Source: Desulfobacterales bacterium | GTDB taxonomy: Bacteria > Desulfobacterota > Desulfobacteria > Desulfobacterales > UBA5852 | Assembly: GCA_963674755.2 (NCBI GenBank) | Contig: CAXXVS010000001.1 | Span: forward strand, 192,001-256,000 | Direction of reading: 5' to 3' | Length of the DNA: 64,000 nt | Shown here: piece after piece, positions 48,499 through 58,437 of the stretch | Layout: the number at the start of each line of letters is the position of its first letter | Position numbering within the stretch: the first letter of the stretch is position 1 | Translations under genes and position numbers: made by a program | Notes under the pieces: generated by a model | Seen by the model: only the letters and a program-made list of their open reading frames with translations | The model's database searches: none | What the model was told of the DNA's origin: nothing

Positions 48499-48843
48499 TT
48501 AGCGATTGATTTTCATGGTGCGGGCAAAATCGGAGCTGACGTCCTTTTTTTCCGGCAGGCGGACATCCAGAGTGTGTTTGCCGATGGTGATTTCCTGGCG
48601 TCCCGCCAGGCCGAGGCGGGTGATTTTGCGCCCGTCCACGAAGGTTCCGTTGGTGCTCCCGAGGTCTTCCACAAAATAACCGGTTTTATCCCGCACGATG
48701 CGGGCATGCCGGTCGGAAACCGCCAGGTTGTCGATGGTGATATCATTGGCGCTGTTCCGGCCGATGGTGATTTCGTCCTTGTCCATCTTGAAGGTGTCCA
48801 GGATGGTGTCCTTAAGTTCCAGCGTTATTTCCAGCATCTCCAT
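48499..48843 (-). CDS. Stand-alone FHA domain protein
   Basis: ITIGR...NDI.IDN..VS..HA; VEDLGSTNGTFV. Confidence 0.93.
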   Translation of the reverse strand: MEMLEITLELKDTILDTFKMDKDEITIGRNSANDITIDNLAVSDRHARIVRDKTGYFVEDLGSTNGTFVDGRKITRLGLAGRQEITIGKHTLDVRLPEKKDVSSDFARTMKINR

Positions 48844-48864
48844 TCTCCTTGCAAAGAAGTTGGG

Positions 48865-51420
48865 TTAAGCGAGCCCGCTGCGGCATTGGCGGATAGCCTC
48901 CAGGGCCACTTCCGCGGATTTATAGCGTCGCGTCACGCCTTTGTTCAATAGTTTGTTGACGATGGACACACAGCCCGAGGGTATATCCGGAACGATTTCC
49001 GGCAACGGCCGGAAGGGCGCCTTGGCGATGGCATACATCAGGGCGGCCAGGGTCTCCCCCTCGAAGGGCTTGCGTCCCGTTAGCATCTCATAGAACACGA
49101 TCCCCAGTGAAAACAGGTCCGAACGGCCATCGAGCTTCTTGCCGCCGACCTGCTCCGGCGACATGTAGGAGGGGGTTCCCATGACGATGCCGGTACGGGT
49201 TTTGGCGCTGTCGCGCACCTTGGCAATCCCGAAATCGGTGACCTTGACGCGCCCGTCCTTCAACCGCATGATGTTGGCCGGTTTGATATCCCGATGAATC
49301 ACCCCCATTTGATGGGCATACCCCAGAGCATCCGTCACCGCGGCCATGATATCGAGCACTTCCGGCACGGGTTTAAGCCGGTCGTCGCGGCAAAAGGCCG
49401 TGAGATCCTTCCCCTCCAGCAGCTCCATGGCCATATAGGCCGTATCGTGCTCTTCCCCCACATCATAGATGGTCACGATATTGGGATGGGACAACTTGCC
49501 GGCGGCTTCGGCTTCGCGCAGAAAGCGGGATTTGACTTCCTCCAACTCTTCGGCCGGTACACTGCTGTAGCCCAGGGTTTTGATGGCTACCTGGCGGTTG
49601 ATCCTGGGATCTTGGCCGAGATAGACGGTGCCCATGGCACCCTGGCCGATTTCTTCCACGATCTCATAGCGGCCGAAGGTGGGGCGGGTTTCCGTATCGG
49701 CCAGTTTCAGCGTCGCGACGGTGACCGGGCCTTCCGGGCCGGAGGCCAGGGTGGCCGGCGGCGGGAGGGTTTTCAGTTTGCGCACCCGCCGTTTGGCATC
49801 CCGATATCCCCCGCCCCCCTGGATATGCTCATAGATGGTCAGGGCCTTGTCCGGCATGCGTTTGCGTTCGAAATCCAGGCCGAGGTTATAGAGCAGGCGC
49901 CGCACCGTCTTATCCTCCACCGGGCATTGCATGAATTTCTCCAGGGCCATGTCCAGCATGCCCTGGGCTTGAAAGGAGAGTCCCAGAGAGCGATACAATT
50001 CCGCATTTTCAGCGCGCAGGCGGCGGGCGATCTGGCGGAAAGCGATCAGGGCGAAGCCCAGCACGCACAGCACAAGGCTCGGGACAAGACGGAACCAGTA
50101 GCCGGCCTGCAGGAAGGCGGCCGCGGCCGCCCCCCAGCAGGTGGCCAGGAAGACCGTCAGGATCAACGCGCCGACATTCAACCTGACCCGTGGTATGACC
50201 AGGAGCAGAAACAGGGTGAAATACAGCAGGACCGCACCCTCCGCCAGCGGGGCCCAGGGCGGCCGGCTGATATGGTCGTTGCGCAGGATGGTATCGACGG
50301 CGGCTGCCATGATTTCCGGGGCGCTGGCATCGGTGCCCATGGGGGTGCGGTAGCGGGGGGCTGCGCCCGTGGCCGTTACACCGCAAATCACCACCTGGTC
50401 TTTCAGGATGGCCGGGTCCACCCGGCCGGCGAGGAGGTCGGCCAGGGGAATCCGGTTCAAATGTACCGGCGGCCGGTGAAAGGCGATCCGCAGGCGGTAG
50501 TCGGCATCCGTCAGGATATGCTGGGGGCCGATGCAAAGACCATAAGGGGGGCATCCTTTGGGCTGCAAGGTGGCCTCGCGCAGGGGATACCCCATCGCTT
50601 TGAAGGCCACCTGCAACGGCAGGGCGGGCAGATAGCGCCCCTGATAAGGCCAGAGCAGGCGTATTTGCCGGACAATGCCGTCCGGATCGGCTGTGAGGTT
50701 GACGGCCCCCAGGGCGGCGGCCTTGCCGGCCAGATCCCGGTAGGTTTCCACGACATACGGCAGGGCGGGAGGTCCGGGAATGATCCGTCCCAAGGCAGAC
50801 TGGGCATAAGCAGGCCAGGCCAAGACAGGTTCCCCGGCCTGTTCCGGCACGGTCAAAGAGTTGATGCGCAGCAGACCGCTCAGGGACACAGGGTCGTCTG
50901 TATCGGCCGGGGCTGCCTCCGTGAAGCGAAAGGGCAGTACGATATTGTGCCCGTTGTGCACCGCGGCGGTTAACTGCCGGTCTTCGTCCAGCTGCCGTTT
51001 CACGTCCCGCAGGGTGCGCAAGGCTTGGTGGTAGGCGTTCCTTGGGCGGACCGTGGCGGCGGATCGCAACTGCTTTTGCAGCGCTTCGAGTTCCGCCTGG
51101 GCCGGATTTTCCGACGGTGTCGGAAACAGGGTTGTCAAGGCGACCGCTTTGGCGCCGTAGTCATCCAGCCGCCTCAGGCCCTCGGCCAGCTTCGAACGCG
51201 TCCAGGGTCCCATCCCCAGTTCCCGCAGGCTGGCATCATCGATGGCGATGACCACCACCGGACCCGGGGCCTGGCCCTGGCGCCATTGCAGCAGTTGGTC
51301 GTAAAGCGCATTTTCCGGCCGCTGAAGAGGCCCCCATTCCATGAAAAGGCTTGCAATCAGCAATGCAGCGGCCAGGCTGATGATGAAGCCGGGTGACAAC
51401 AGGATTCGTTTCAGTTTCAT
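48865..51420 (-). CDS. CHASE2-domain membrane Ser/Thr protein kinase (Hanks type)
   Basis: CHASE2 (VIAIDD.SL..LG..PW.R; D.DGIVR); 3 TM; TPR-like segment; GQGAMG.VY, VAIK, HRDIKPAN, DFG, GTPSYMSPEQ; start set at MKLKR because the upstream ORF extension is riboswitch. Confidence 0.93.
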   Translation of the reverse strand: MKLKRILLSPGFIISLAAALLIASLFMEWGPLQRPENALYDQLLQWRQGQAPGPVVVIAIDDASLRELGMGPWTRSKLAEGLRRLDDYGAKAVALTTLFPTPSENPAQAELEALQKQLRSAATVRPRNAYHQALRTLRDVKRQLDEDRQLTAAVHNGHNIVLPFRFTEAAPADTDDPVSLSGLLRINSLTVPEQAGEPVLAWPAYAQSALGRIIPGPPALPYVVETYRDLAGKAAALGAVNLTADPDGIVRQIRLLWPYQGRYLPALPLQVAFKAMGYPLREATLQPKGCPPYGLCIGPQHILTDADYRLRIAFHRPPVHLNRIPLADLLAGRVDPAILKDQVVICGVTATGAAPRYRTPMGTDASAPEIMAAAVDTILRNDHISRPPWAPLAEGAVLLYFTLFLLLVIPRVRLNVGALILTVFLATCWGAAAAAFLQAGYWFRLVPSLVLCVLGFALIAFRQIARRLRAENAELYRSLGLSFQAQGMLDMALEKFMQCPVEDKTVRRLLYNLGLDFERKRMPDKALTIYEHIQGGGGYRDAKRRVRKLKTLPPPATLASGPEGPVTVATLKLADTETRPTFGRYEIVEEIGQGAMGTVYLGQDPRINRQVAIKTLGYSSVPAEELEEVKSRFLREAEAAGKLSHPNIVTIYDVGEEHDTAYMAMELLEGKDLTAFCRDDRLKPVPEVLDIMAAVTDALGYAHQMGVIHRDIKPANIMRLKDGRVKVTDFGIAKVRDSAKTRTGIVMGTPSYMSPEQVGGKKLDGRSDLFSLGIVFYEMLTGRKPFEGETLAALMYAIAKAPFRPLPEIVPDIPSGCVSIVNKLLNKGVTRRYKSAEVALEAIRQCRSGLA

Positions 51421-51468
51421 GGCAGTCTTCCAACCAGCGGGCGTGCATGCGCCTGGCGCACCGGGCAT

Positions 51469-51509
51469 AAAAAAGGCCGAATCGTCTAACTGTCTGATGC
51501 GATTCGGCC
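51469..51509 (-). terminator. Intrinsic terminator; expression platform of riboswitch 1
   Basis: GGCCGAATCG-N15-CGATTCGGCC-TTTTTT on the minus strand. Confidence 0.8.
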
Positions 51510-51516
51510 GTCTACA

Positions 51517-51611
51517 ATCATCGGCGGCCCGGCTGTCTCGCGCAAGACCCGTGGCTTTCCGTCCCTGCCTCACGGCAGGTTTGGCGTTCTCCGTCAACGG
51601 AGAGCAATGAT
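51517..51611 (-). ncRNA. c-di-GMP-I (GEMM-I) riboswitch
   Basis: GCCAAACCTGCCGTGAGGCAGGGACGGAAAGCCACGGGTCTTGCGCGAGACAGCCGGGCCGCCG; P1 ATCATTG/CGATGAT. Confidence 0.9.
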
Positions 51612-51831
51612 GGTTATGTCAACTCTTTTATTTCTATGTGAAAAAGCCTGGCATGTCAAAAAGAAATGCGCTCTTCGCCGGTGGAACTGATATAGAGGCT
51701 TCCCTTTGCGCCCCGGCGGCTTATCGACGTTGGTGAACATTTTTACATGCAAGTATTCGGAAATACCTGCTCTGAAAGAAGCTAACCTGACGGAGGGGCT
51801 TGCGGCGAGGAAATCGAGTCTGCGGAAGCGG

Positions 51832-52344
51832 CTAGACCCCTTTAATATGTTCAAGCTCTGCGCGGAGGTCATTCACATCTTTGTAATGTAACCCCGCCAC
51901 CATCTTCAGTTCGTGGGCAACGAACCCCTTTGTTGATAGCACTTTGAATTTTTTCCCCCTGGCGCGCAGCAATCGTAACGGCCTTTCAAAATCCCCGTCC
52001 CCGCTTACCAATACGGCCATATCGTAATTGTCAATGGTATTGAACATATCCAATACGATCTCGATATCCAGATTGGCCTTCTTTTTGATCTCCCCTGATA
52101 CATCATCGAAAATTTCTTTGATATCCTTTGTTTCCACCGCATACCCTATATCGACAAGTCGATTCAGGAAGGCCTGCTGGCGGGCTTCGGACGGTACCCC
52201 CACGCCCACATAATAGATGGCATCCACGACCTCGCCAAAGGTGGCGCAATGGGCCAGCAGCTTCTCCGCATCGATCCACCAATGCAGACCATCTCTTTGC
52301 ATGAAAAAGTAATTGGCGCCATCGATAAAAATTGAGATTCTCAT
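51832..52344 (-). CDS. NYN domain (LabA-like) protein
   Basis: IFIDGAN; KANLDIEIVLDM; SGDGDF; LR.RGK. Confidence 0.9.
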   Translation of the reverse strand: MRISIFIDGANYFFMQRDGLHWWIDAEKLLAHCATFGEVVDAIYYVGVGVPSEARQQAFLNRLVDIGYAVETKDIKEIFDDVSGEIKKKANLDIEIVLDMFNTIDNYDMAVLVSGDGDFERPLRLLRARGKKFKVLSTKGFVAHELKMVAGLHYKDVNDLRAELEHIKGV

Positions 52345-52507
52345 ATCCTATTCCATCAAATAAGGTGTTTGTTTTGTTGAAGTTTGCCCTTTCCCATAAT
52401 CGGTGGGGCGATCGTGCCGCCCAAGGTGGTGCCGACCCGATGTGCGCGCCACACACCGTTCCAACCTCGGCCGAGGGGGGCCGGACGATTTCGCCCAGCT
52501 TGTCTGT

Positions 52508-52845
52508 CTATAGCGCTATCGTCATAAATACGCTATGGCTGTTTTTTGTGTAGCCGGCAAGCGGCTCGCAGTAGGTGAAGCCGAATTTTTCGTAAAGGTT
52601 CCTCGCGGGAATGAAAGGCTCATACGAGCCGGTTTCCAAAATGACACGACGATCGTGGCGTTTTTTCGCTTCATCAAGCATAAATTGGGGCAGATGCCAT
52701 GCAACGCCCTTTCCCTGGCGGGTCGCCGCGGTTCGCATGGATTTGATTTCAGTGTGAAGGGGATCAAGCTGCTGCAATGCGCCGCAGCCGCGTAGTGTCG
52801 AATCTTCCCATAGGCTCCAGAGCGTAATTTCCGGCTTTTTCACGA
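52508..52845 (-). pseudogene. 5'-truncated GNAT acetyltransferase (YedL-like)
   Basis: PEIT.WS.W....L.GCGAL..L....EIKSMRT; LETGS...F.PA..LY.KFGF; expected N-terminus absent. Confidence 0.7.
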
Positions 52846-52858
52846 AAGGGGCATACGG

Positions 52859-53023
52859 CCCTTTTGCTCTTTCTCTAAAAAAATTCGCAACGATGCCGGC
52901 TACTGGGAGCAGGTCGACCACGACCTAAAAAAGCATACCGATGCCGATATCAGCCATGGCATCTGCCCGGACTGCCGCCGAAAACACTATCCCGAGGAAT
53001 ACTGGAAGGATCTTGATCCCTAA
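52859..53023 (+). pseudogene. Remnant of a C-terminal Cys-ribbon domain, same type as in 28053-28694
   Basis: PFCSFSKKIRNDAGYWEQVD...HTDADISHGICPDCRRKHYP*; no start; second Cys replaced by Ser. Confidence 0.75.
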
Positions 53024-53157
53024 ATGCGAAAGAAGGCCTCCAAGCATTCACACACCCTGCCCCTTTTTGGGTTTAATGGGCTAGCGAAATTTGAGGCCGC
53101 TGAAAGGGTTGACCGCTTTTTGGATAACCGCTTGACTGATCAGGGAAAATATGAGCG

Positions 53158-53186
53158 TTGACAATAGTTCGATATCGGACTATTTC
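53158..53186 (+). promoter_or_regulatory. Promoter (TTGACA-N17-TATTTC) with a MarR operator palindrome in the spacer
   Basis: ATAGTTCGATATCGGACTAT at 53164-53183. Confidence 0.7.
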
Positions 53187-53192
53187 CATGCC

Positions 53193-53621
53193 ATGGATCA
53201 TGAAACCGATTTCATCATCTCGCTGATGTCACGGATCAGAGAAAAGGCCAACCGGCTGATCACGGCGGAACTTTCCGCCCGTGGGCTTCACGGCCTCAAG
53301 CCCATCCACGGCGATCTTCTCCTGGCCCTGTTTACCAGCGACCGACCCACCATGAAAGAACTTGCCGACCGGGTGGACCGGAAAAAATCCACGGTCACCA
53401 CCCTGGTGGACAAGCTGGTCCAACTCGGGTTTGCGACTAAGACCATGGACAAATTGGATTCAAGGGTCTTCAGGGTCTCCCTGACCCCGGAAGGGAAGGC
53501 CCTGAAACCTCAGTTGATCGATATCAGCCGCACGCTGATCGCGCGGGTCTATAAGGATATGCCGAGAGAGGAAAGAAAGCAGGTGGTCCGACTGCTAACG
53601 CATATTAACGACAACTGGTAA
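53193..53621 (+). CDS. MarR family transcriptional regulator
   Basis: HGD.L..L; TMKELA; KSTVT.LVDKL...G; DSRV..V.LT..G. Confidence 0.92.
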   Translation: MDHETDFIISLMSRIREKANRLITAELSARGLHGLKPIHGDLLLALFTSDRPTMKELADRVDRKKSTVTTLVDKLVQLGFATKTMDKLDSRVFRVSLTPEGKALKPQLIDISRTLIARVYKDMPREERKQVVRLLTHINDNW

Positions 53622-53636
53622 AAAATTTTTGAGCTA

Positions 53637-53656
53637 ATTGTTCGATATCGAACTAT
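53637..53656 (+). promoter_or_regulatory. Second MarR operator palindrome
   Basis: ATTGTTCGATATCGAACTAT, near-identical to 53164-53183. Confidence 0.7.
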
Positions 53657-53681
53657 TTGGCGATTTCAAAAGGAGAATGCC

Positions 53682-54203
53682 ATGACTCTGATGGGAACCC
53701 TGACCCGTCGTGAGATCAAGGAACTGCTGTGTAAATGCTGGATGACCCATGATGCCATGTGGTTTGCCAACGCACTTTTTACCCACGGCATAGATGAAGC
53801 CAACCGGTTGAACAGGGCTGCCATCAAATCCATGGTGGATATCGAGCTGGGGCGATTTCTCCGGGCTATGAACCTGGCGCCGGATCAGGTAAGGCGCTTT
53901 GAGGGATTCACGGCCTTTTTCCAAAGTGTTCAGGAATTGCTGATACCGGATTTCATGAATGTGAGCATTGCTTTCAAGGCGCCGGACACCTTGTCATGGC
54001 AGTTCAATGAAAAGGGATGTTTTGCCTACAATGGGGTAAAACGCCTGAAGGTGGAAAACGGCTACCAATGCGGCGTGCTCTACCGGATTCAATGCTGGTT
54101 GACCTATCTCGACATCCCCTTCGAAATGAGCCCCGCACCCCGGACGTGCCTTATGGCTGAACAAGGCCGTTGCCGGGGCCGCTTCAGATGTGACTTCGTC
54201 TGA
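53682..54203 (+). CDS. DUF6125-like hypothetical protein
   Basis: KCWMTHDAMWF; C.AY.G; YQCGV..RI..W. Confidence 0.7.
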   Translation: MTLMGTLTRREIKELLCKCWMTHDAMWFANALFTHGIDEANRLNRAAIKSMVDIELGRFLRAMNLAPDQVRRFEGFTAFFQSVQELLIPDFMNVSIAFKAPDTLSWQFNEKGCFAYNGVKRLKVENGYQCGVLYRIQCWLTYLDIPFEMSPAPRTCLMAEQGRCRGRFRCDFV

Positions 54204-54386
54204 GTAAATGCGATTTGCACTTGAAGGAGGATTGGGGATTTAAAGCGGATCGATAGCGTTGGAATCGCCACCTTCCCGTATTATTCCATTTTCCCTGTCT
54301 GTTCTAAGCGCTTGCCCCAATCGCTCTTCACGGCGCGATCCGAACGATTCGGCAACATCGTCGGCGAAGCAGTTGACCACCTCAAA

Positions 54387-56648
54387 TTACCCGGCATCGA
54401 TGGCTTTACGCACCTTCCGTGCAAGCTTGTCGATTTGAAAGGGTTTCGCGATGAAGTGCACGTCCTTGTCCAGCGCTCCGTGGTGGACAATAACGCTGGT
54501 CGTATAGCCCGACATAAACAGCGCTTTAAGCCCAGGACGCACAAGTTTCAGTTTGTCGTGAAGCTCCTTGCCGTTCATTTTCGGCATGACCATATCCGTT
54601 AGAAGCAAGTCGATTGCTGAACGCTCCTTTTCAAAAATAGAGAGCGCCTCCTCGGGATCGACGGTAGAGACGACCTTGTAGCCGAGGTTTTCAAGAAGTA
54701 CTTTGGTTACGGTCCTCACCATATCGTCGTCCTCGACCAATAAAATGGTTTCGGATCCGGTTTCGAGTCGGTTGTCATCCGGCGGTGCCGCCGGCTCGAC
54801 GTCACCCTCGGCCCTCAAGATGTAGATCTTGAACGTCGTACCCAGGCCCGGTTCACTGTAAACATTGATAAAGCCTCCGGCCTGTTTCACAATGCCATAA
54901 ACGGTGGACAACCCCAGGCCGGTGCCCTTGCCGACTTCCTTGGTGGTAAAAAAAGGGTCGAAGATCCGGCTTGCAATTTCAGACCGCATGCCTTCCCCGT
55001 TGTCGCTAACCGATAGGCGCACGAAATCACCGGGAAGGGATTCGGCGTGATCCCTGCAGTAGGCCTCATCCAAAACAACATGGGCCGTCTCCAAGGTTAG
55101 CTTCCCGCCGCCGGGCATGGCGTCGCGGGCATTGACCGCAAGGTTTAAAACAATCTGTTCAAACTGAACGGGATCGAATTCGATTTTAATTTCATCGCTG
55201 CAAGGAAAGAAAACGAGCTCAATATCCTCGCCAATCATACTCGCAAGCGTCCGCTCCAGGCCCCGAATGAGGTGATTGACATCCAAAATTTTGGGCTCGA
55301 AGATCTGCTTGCGGGAAAAGGCCAACAGCTGCTGGGTTATGTGCTTGGAGCGCGTGGCCGCCTGATCGATCAGATCCAAGTCCCTTAAGAGGGGATCGTT
55401 CGGAGCGAGCTTTGTTTTAATGAGTTCATAGCTTCCGAGTATAACGCTGAGCATGTTATTGAAATCGTGCGCCACGCCGCCGGCCAAACGCCCGATGGAT
55501 TCCAGCTTCTGGGATTGCAGCAACTGAGCTTGAAGTTTTTCGCGCTCCTTCTCCGCCTTTTGGCGCTCCGAGATATCACGCACAAATGCCAGGTGCCGCT
55601 CTTTATCGCCGAAAGGCATGCGGTAGGCCATGACTTCTATGGGGAAGGTCGATCCGTCCCTGCGGCGGTGAGCCGTTTCGATCAGACGCGATTGGATGGT
55701 GCGCATTTCCTTCCAGTGGGCGCTCCATCGCTCGGGTGTAAAGTCGGGATCGATGTCCCATAAATGCATCTTCAGCAACTCGTCCCGGCGGTACCCAAGG
55801 GAACGGCAGGCCTGATCGTTCACATAAGTGAAACCGCCATCTTGAGGCATCACAAAAAAACCGTCGGGAGAAGTGTCCATGGCATGTTTAAAAAAACGAA
55901 GGGCGTTATATGCTTTTTTCCGTTCGGTAATATTACGGACATAGGCAACATGGTGCTTTTGCCGGTTGAGGAGAATCTGGCGGGACGTAATCTCCACGGG
56001 GAACAGGGTGCCGTCCTTCCGCTTGTGCCGCCGCTCAAGTCGCGCCCCGCCGGCTTCGCCAACCGCCTGCCAATGTGACTCCCATTGCTCCTTTTTAAAA
56101 ACCGCGTCGATATCCCACAGGTGCAACCGCATCAGTTCATCTGGGCTATATCCCAGCGATTGGCAGGCCTGTGCGTTTACATAGAGGAAGCGCCCCTCCG
56201 CGTTGATCCAGTACACGGCGTCGGGAGAGGATTCCACCGAATGCTGAAACCGCCGCAGGTTTTCCTGCCTATCGATGCGCTGGCTGATATCCCGAACGAT
56301 GGCCCACATGCCGATCGGTTTGTCGTCGGAGTCCCTGCTAAGGGTCACTCTCAGTTCCACGGGCACGATGCTGCCGTCTTTTCGTCGGTACTCTTTTTGA
56401 AATACATCGGAGTAGCCACGCACCATGACCTGTTCGCCGATAATTTGATGTTGGAGGGGATGCCATTTGTCAGGGGTGAGATCGAATAGGCTCATTCCGA
56501 GCAATTCTTCCCTCTTGTAGCCGACAAGATCCAGAAACGCCTGGTTGGCCCCACGGATGCGGCCTTCCAAATCCACAGCCCCGAAGGCGTCCGCCATCAT
56601 ATCGCAGAGTAGCCGACAGTTGGAATCCATCATTTTCTGGGCTTCCAT
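54387..56648 (-). CDS. Cytoplasmic hybrid histidine kinase (3 PAS, HisKA, HATPase, receiver)
   Basis: Three [43 protein letters not shown]-terminal REC. Confidence 0.95.
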   Translation of the reverse strand: MEAQKMMDSNCRLLCDMMADAFGAVDLEGRIRGANQAFLDLVGYKREELLGMSLFDLTPDKWHPLQHQIIGEQVMVRGYSDVFQKEYRRKDGSIVPVELRVTLSRDSDDKPIGMWAIVRDISQRIDRQENLRRFQHSVESSPDAVYWINAEGRFLYVNAQACQSLGYSPDELMRLHLWDIDAVFKKEQWESHWQAVGEAGGARLERRHKRKDGTLFPVEITSRQILLNRQKHHVAYVRNITERKKAYNALRFFKHAMDTSPDGFFVMPQDGGFTYVNDQACRSLGYRRDELLKMHLWDIDPDFTPERWSAHWKEMRTIQSRLIETAHRRRDGSTFPIEVMAYRMPFGDKERHLAFVRDISERQKAEKEREKLQAQLLQSQKLESIGRLAGGVAHDFNNMLSVILGSYELIKTKLAPNDPLLRDLDLIDQAATRSKHITQQLLAFSRKQIFEPKILDVNHLIRGLERTLASMIGEDIELVFFPCSDEIKIEFDPVQFEQIVLNLAVNARDAMPGGGKLTLETAHVVLDEAYCRDHAESLPGDFVRLSVSDNGEGMRSEIASRIFDPFFTTKEVGKGTGLGLSTVYGIVKQAGGFINVYSEPGLGTTFKIYILRAEGDVEPAAPPDDNRLETGSETILLVEDDDMVRTVTKVLLENLGYKVVSTVDPEEALSIFEKERSAIDLLLTDMVMPKMNGKELHDKLKLVRPGLKALFMSGYTTSVIVHHGALDKDVHFIAKPFQIDKLARKVRKAIDAG

Positions 56649-56761
56649 CTATCTTTTTCCTCCTTCAGCAAGATAGTCCTCTGAGTCGTCATCTCTCGTT
56701 CGGTCATAGGCCGGCGGCGCTATGGCACAGCTGCAGGTTGCGATGCCGCCGCACAAAAGGG

Positions 56762-57136
56762 CTAACATTCGGCAATCGGTTCGCGAAACCAGGCCATGGC
56801 TTCCTTGATATCCACGAAAACCTGGATGGAAAGGAAGGAAAATTCGGCATTCACGCAAATTGTGCGACACTTGGTATAGGTAGCGACATCTTGCTCCACT
56901 ACCATCGCGATTTTTTTGAATAGAGGACTCCGTCTCCAGTAGCAGATAAGCTTATCGAGGTCGTGGCCGGGAAGATCAAGTTGCGTTTGGCGAAGATCGA
57001 CCAACAGGTCTATGGGGGGCTGAAAGGAACGATCCGACATGATGCGTTTCCACGATCTGAAGAAATCACCGAACGTTGCTGCCTCCCGGATTTTGAGTAT
57101 CAGAAGATCGGTTGAGAAGAGATAGTGAATCGGCAT
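56762..57136 (-). CDS. STAS/SpoIIAA-like small protein
   Basis: L.DLR; KIAMV; C-terminal VF.D..EA..W. Confidence 0.6.
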   Translation of the reverse strand: MPIHYLFSTDLLILKIREAATFGDFFRSWKRIMSDRSFQPPIDLLVDLRQTQLDLPGHDLDKLICYWRRSPLFKKIAMVVEQDVATYTKCRTICVNAEFSFLSIQVFVDIKEAMAWFREPIAEC

Positions 57137-57615
57137 GGGAAAGGCGCTCCTGTCAACGGTGATGACGCTTCAGCCGGTGGCGCTTTAAAATGACTGAAAA
57201 ACAACCCTATCAATGGGCGCAGTCCCTAAGGGGTTGGGAAGGCAAACCTAAACGGGTCCGTCTGCCTGTTTGGAAATATAACGGCAATAGCGAACCCCGA
57301 GAGCTGATAGTCCCTTGGTGTCGGATATCACATGGGTGCCCTATGAAAACCGGGCTGGAAACGAATTTGCCTATGCGCGCCCATTTAAAGTTATCTGTCT
57401 AAGAATGAAGCGCCGGCCCCTGTGAACCCGCTGAGTTTCAATCCTTTATCTTGAAGCCTTGAGGCAAGCAGCGCTCCATCCGGCATCCATGCCGTCTGAA
57501 CGGGAAGCGGGCGATTCATCGGCGCTATCTTATGGCCCTCGCCAACGGCATAAACCTTTTGACGCCGTCGGCGGGGCATATCTTGATAGGTATAGAGAGA
57601 AACCGTGCGGAGGGA

Positions 57616-57665
57616 CGAAAGAAAAGAGGCCGATTCACCGTTTTATAACATGAGCGCGTCGGCCC
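57616..57665 (-). terminator. Probable terminator downstream of riboswitch 2
   Basis: GGCCGA...TCGGCC followed by TCTTTTCTTT on the minus strand. Confidence 0.55.
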
Positions 57666-57677
57666 TGACTGGCTCGA

Positions 57678-57757
57678 CCCACAGGCAACCCGGCTGACTG
57701 ATAAAGTCCCGTGGCTTTCCGTCCCTGTCTCGCAACAGGTTTGGCTTTTTCTATAGG
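57678..57757 (-). ncRNA. c-di-GMP-I (GEMM-I) riboswitch
   Basis: GCCAAACCTGTTGCGAGACAGGGACGGAAAGCCACGGGACTTTATCAGTCAGCCGGGTTGCC; P1 CCTATAG/CTGTGGG. Confidence 0.9.
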
Positions 57758-57889
57758 CAAAATGAGATTTAAGTATTTGCTACCATGGAAAAATTCCGCT
57801 TGTCAACAAGGAATTGGCACGTGAAAGACGCTGCACCCATGGGCAATACGGACCGGTGAATCCCGGGTAATCAAAACTGTCCAAAATCC

Positions 57890-58096
57890 CTTTTGGATTT
57901 TCCAGATGTCGTCATGCCGGTCAGGGGAAAATAGCTCAGCGGGTTTGCCCACTGCGATCCAGCCAATAGGCACAACCGTTCCGGGTTCAAGGTGGGATTT
58001 AAGGTGCACCACGCCGTTGATTCTCACTTGAGAGCCTCTTCCCAAACAAGCACTGTGAAAAATGGCGGCGCCGGTGGCAATGAAAACCTCGTCCTC
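57890..58096 (-). pseudogene. Internal fragment of a gamma-carbonic-anhydrase/hexapeptide-repeat protein
   Basis: EDEVFIATGAAIFH.A.LG.GS.VRINGVVHL....PGT.VPIGWIAVGKPA. Confidence 0.7.
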
Positions 58097-58437
58097 ATAT
58101 GGGCTTTGAACAGATAAAAGGCGGGTAGGGGAAGCCCTTACCTATACCGTTGAGCCCATGTTTCAATCTCGGATTCAGGGAAACGGAGCTTCATGTCGCA
58201 AGCATAAACCTATGATTAAACATGCTTGGTCGAATGCTCTTTCGGCCCGGGTCTGCAACCGGAAAGGCTGTTGGCTATGAGAGAAGGCGTTGGCTTGTCA
58301 TTGAGATGGAAGATTATCAGATATAGCTGATAATGCAAAGTTATTCCGCCATACTGATGGCCTGATGGGCCAACTTGCTAACAAATCAGGGGCTTTTGAA
58401 TTATGGATCCCTGGAAAGCTCCCGTCAACAGGAATTT

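Noticed and set aside
51421..51597. 59-aa N-terminal extension of the Ser/Thr kinase in the ORF track
   Set aside because: It overlaps the riboswitch and terminator; the hydrophobic N-terminal segment starts at MKLKR (51420).
57420..57473. SRP-RNA-like words (TGTGAACCCGC...AAGCAGCG)
   Set aside because: The conserved CAGG-CCGGAAGG-AGCA domain IV loop is absent.
51517..57757. Calling the two riboswitches cGAMP (GEMM-Ib) sensors
   Set aside because: Both have G, not A, at the position equivalent to Vc2 G20; promiscuous binding cannot be excluded without assays.
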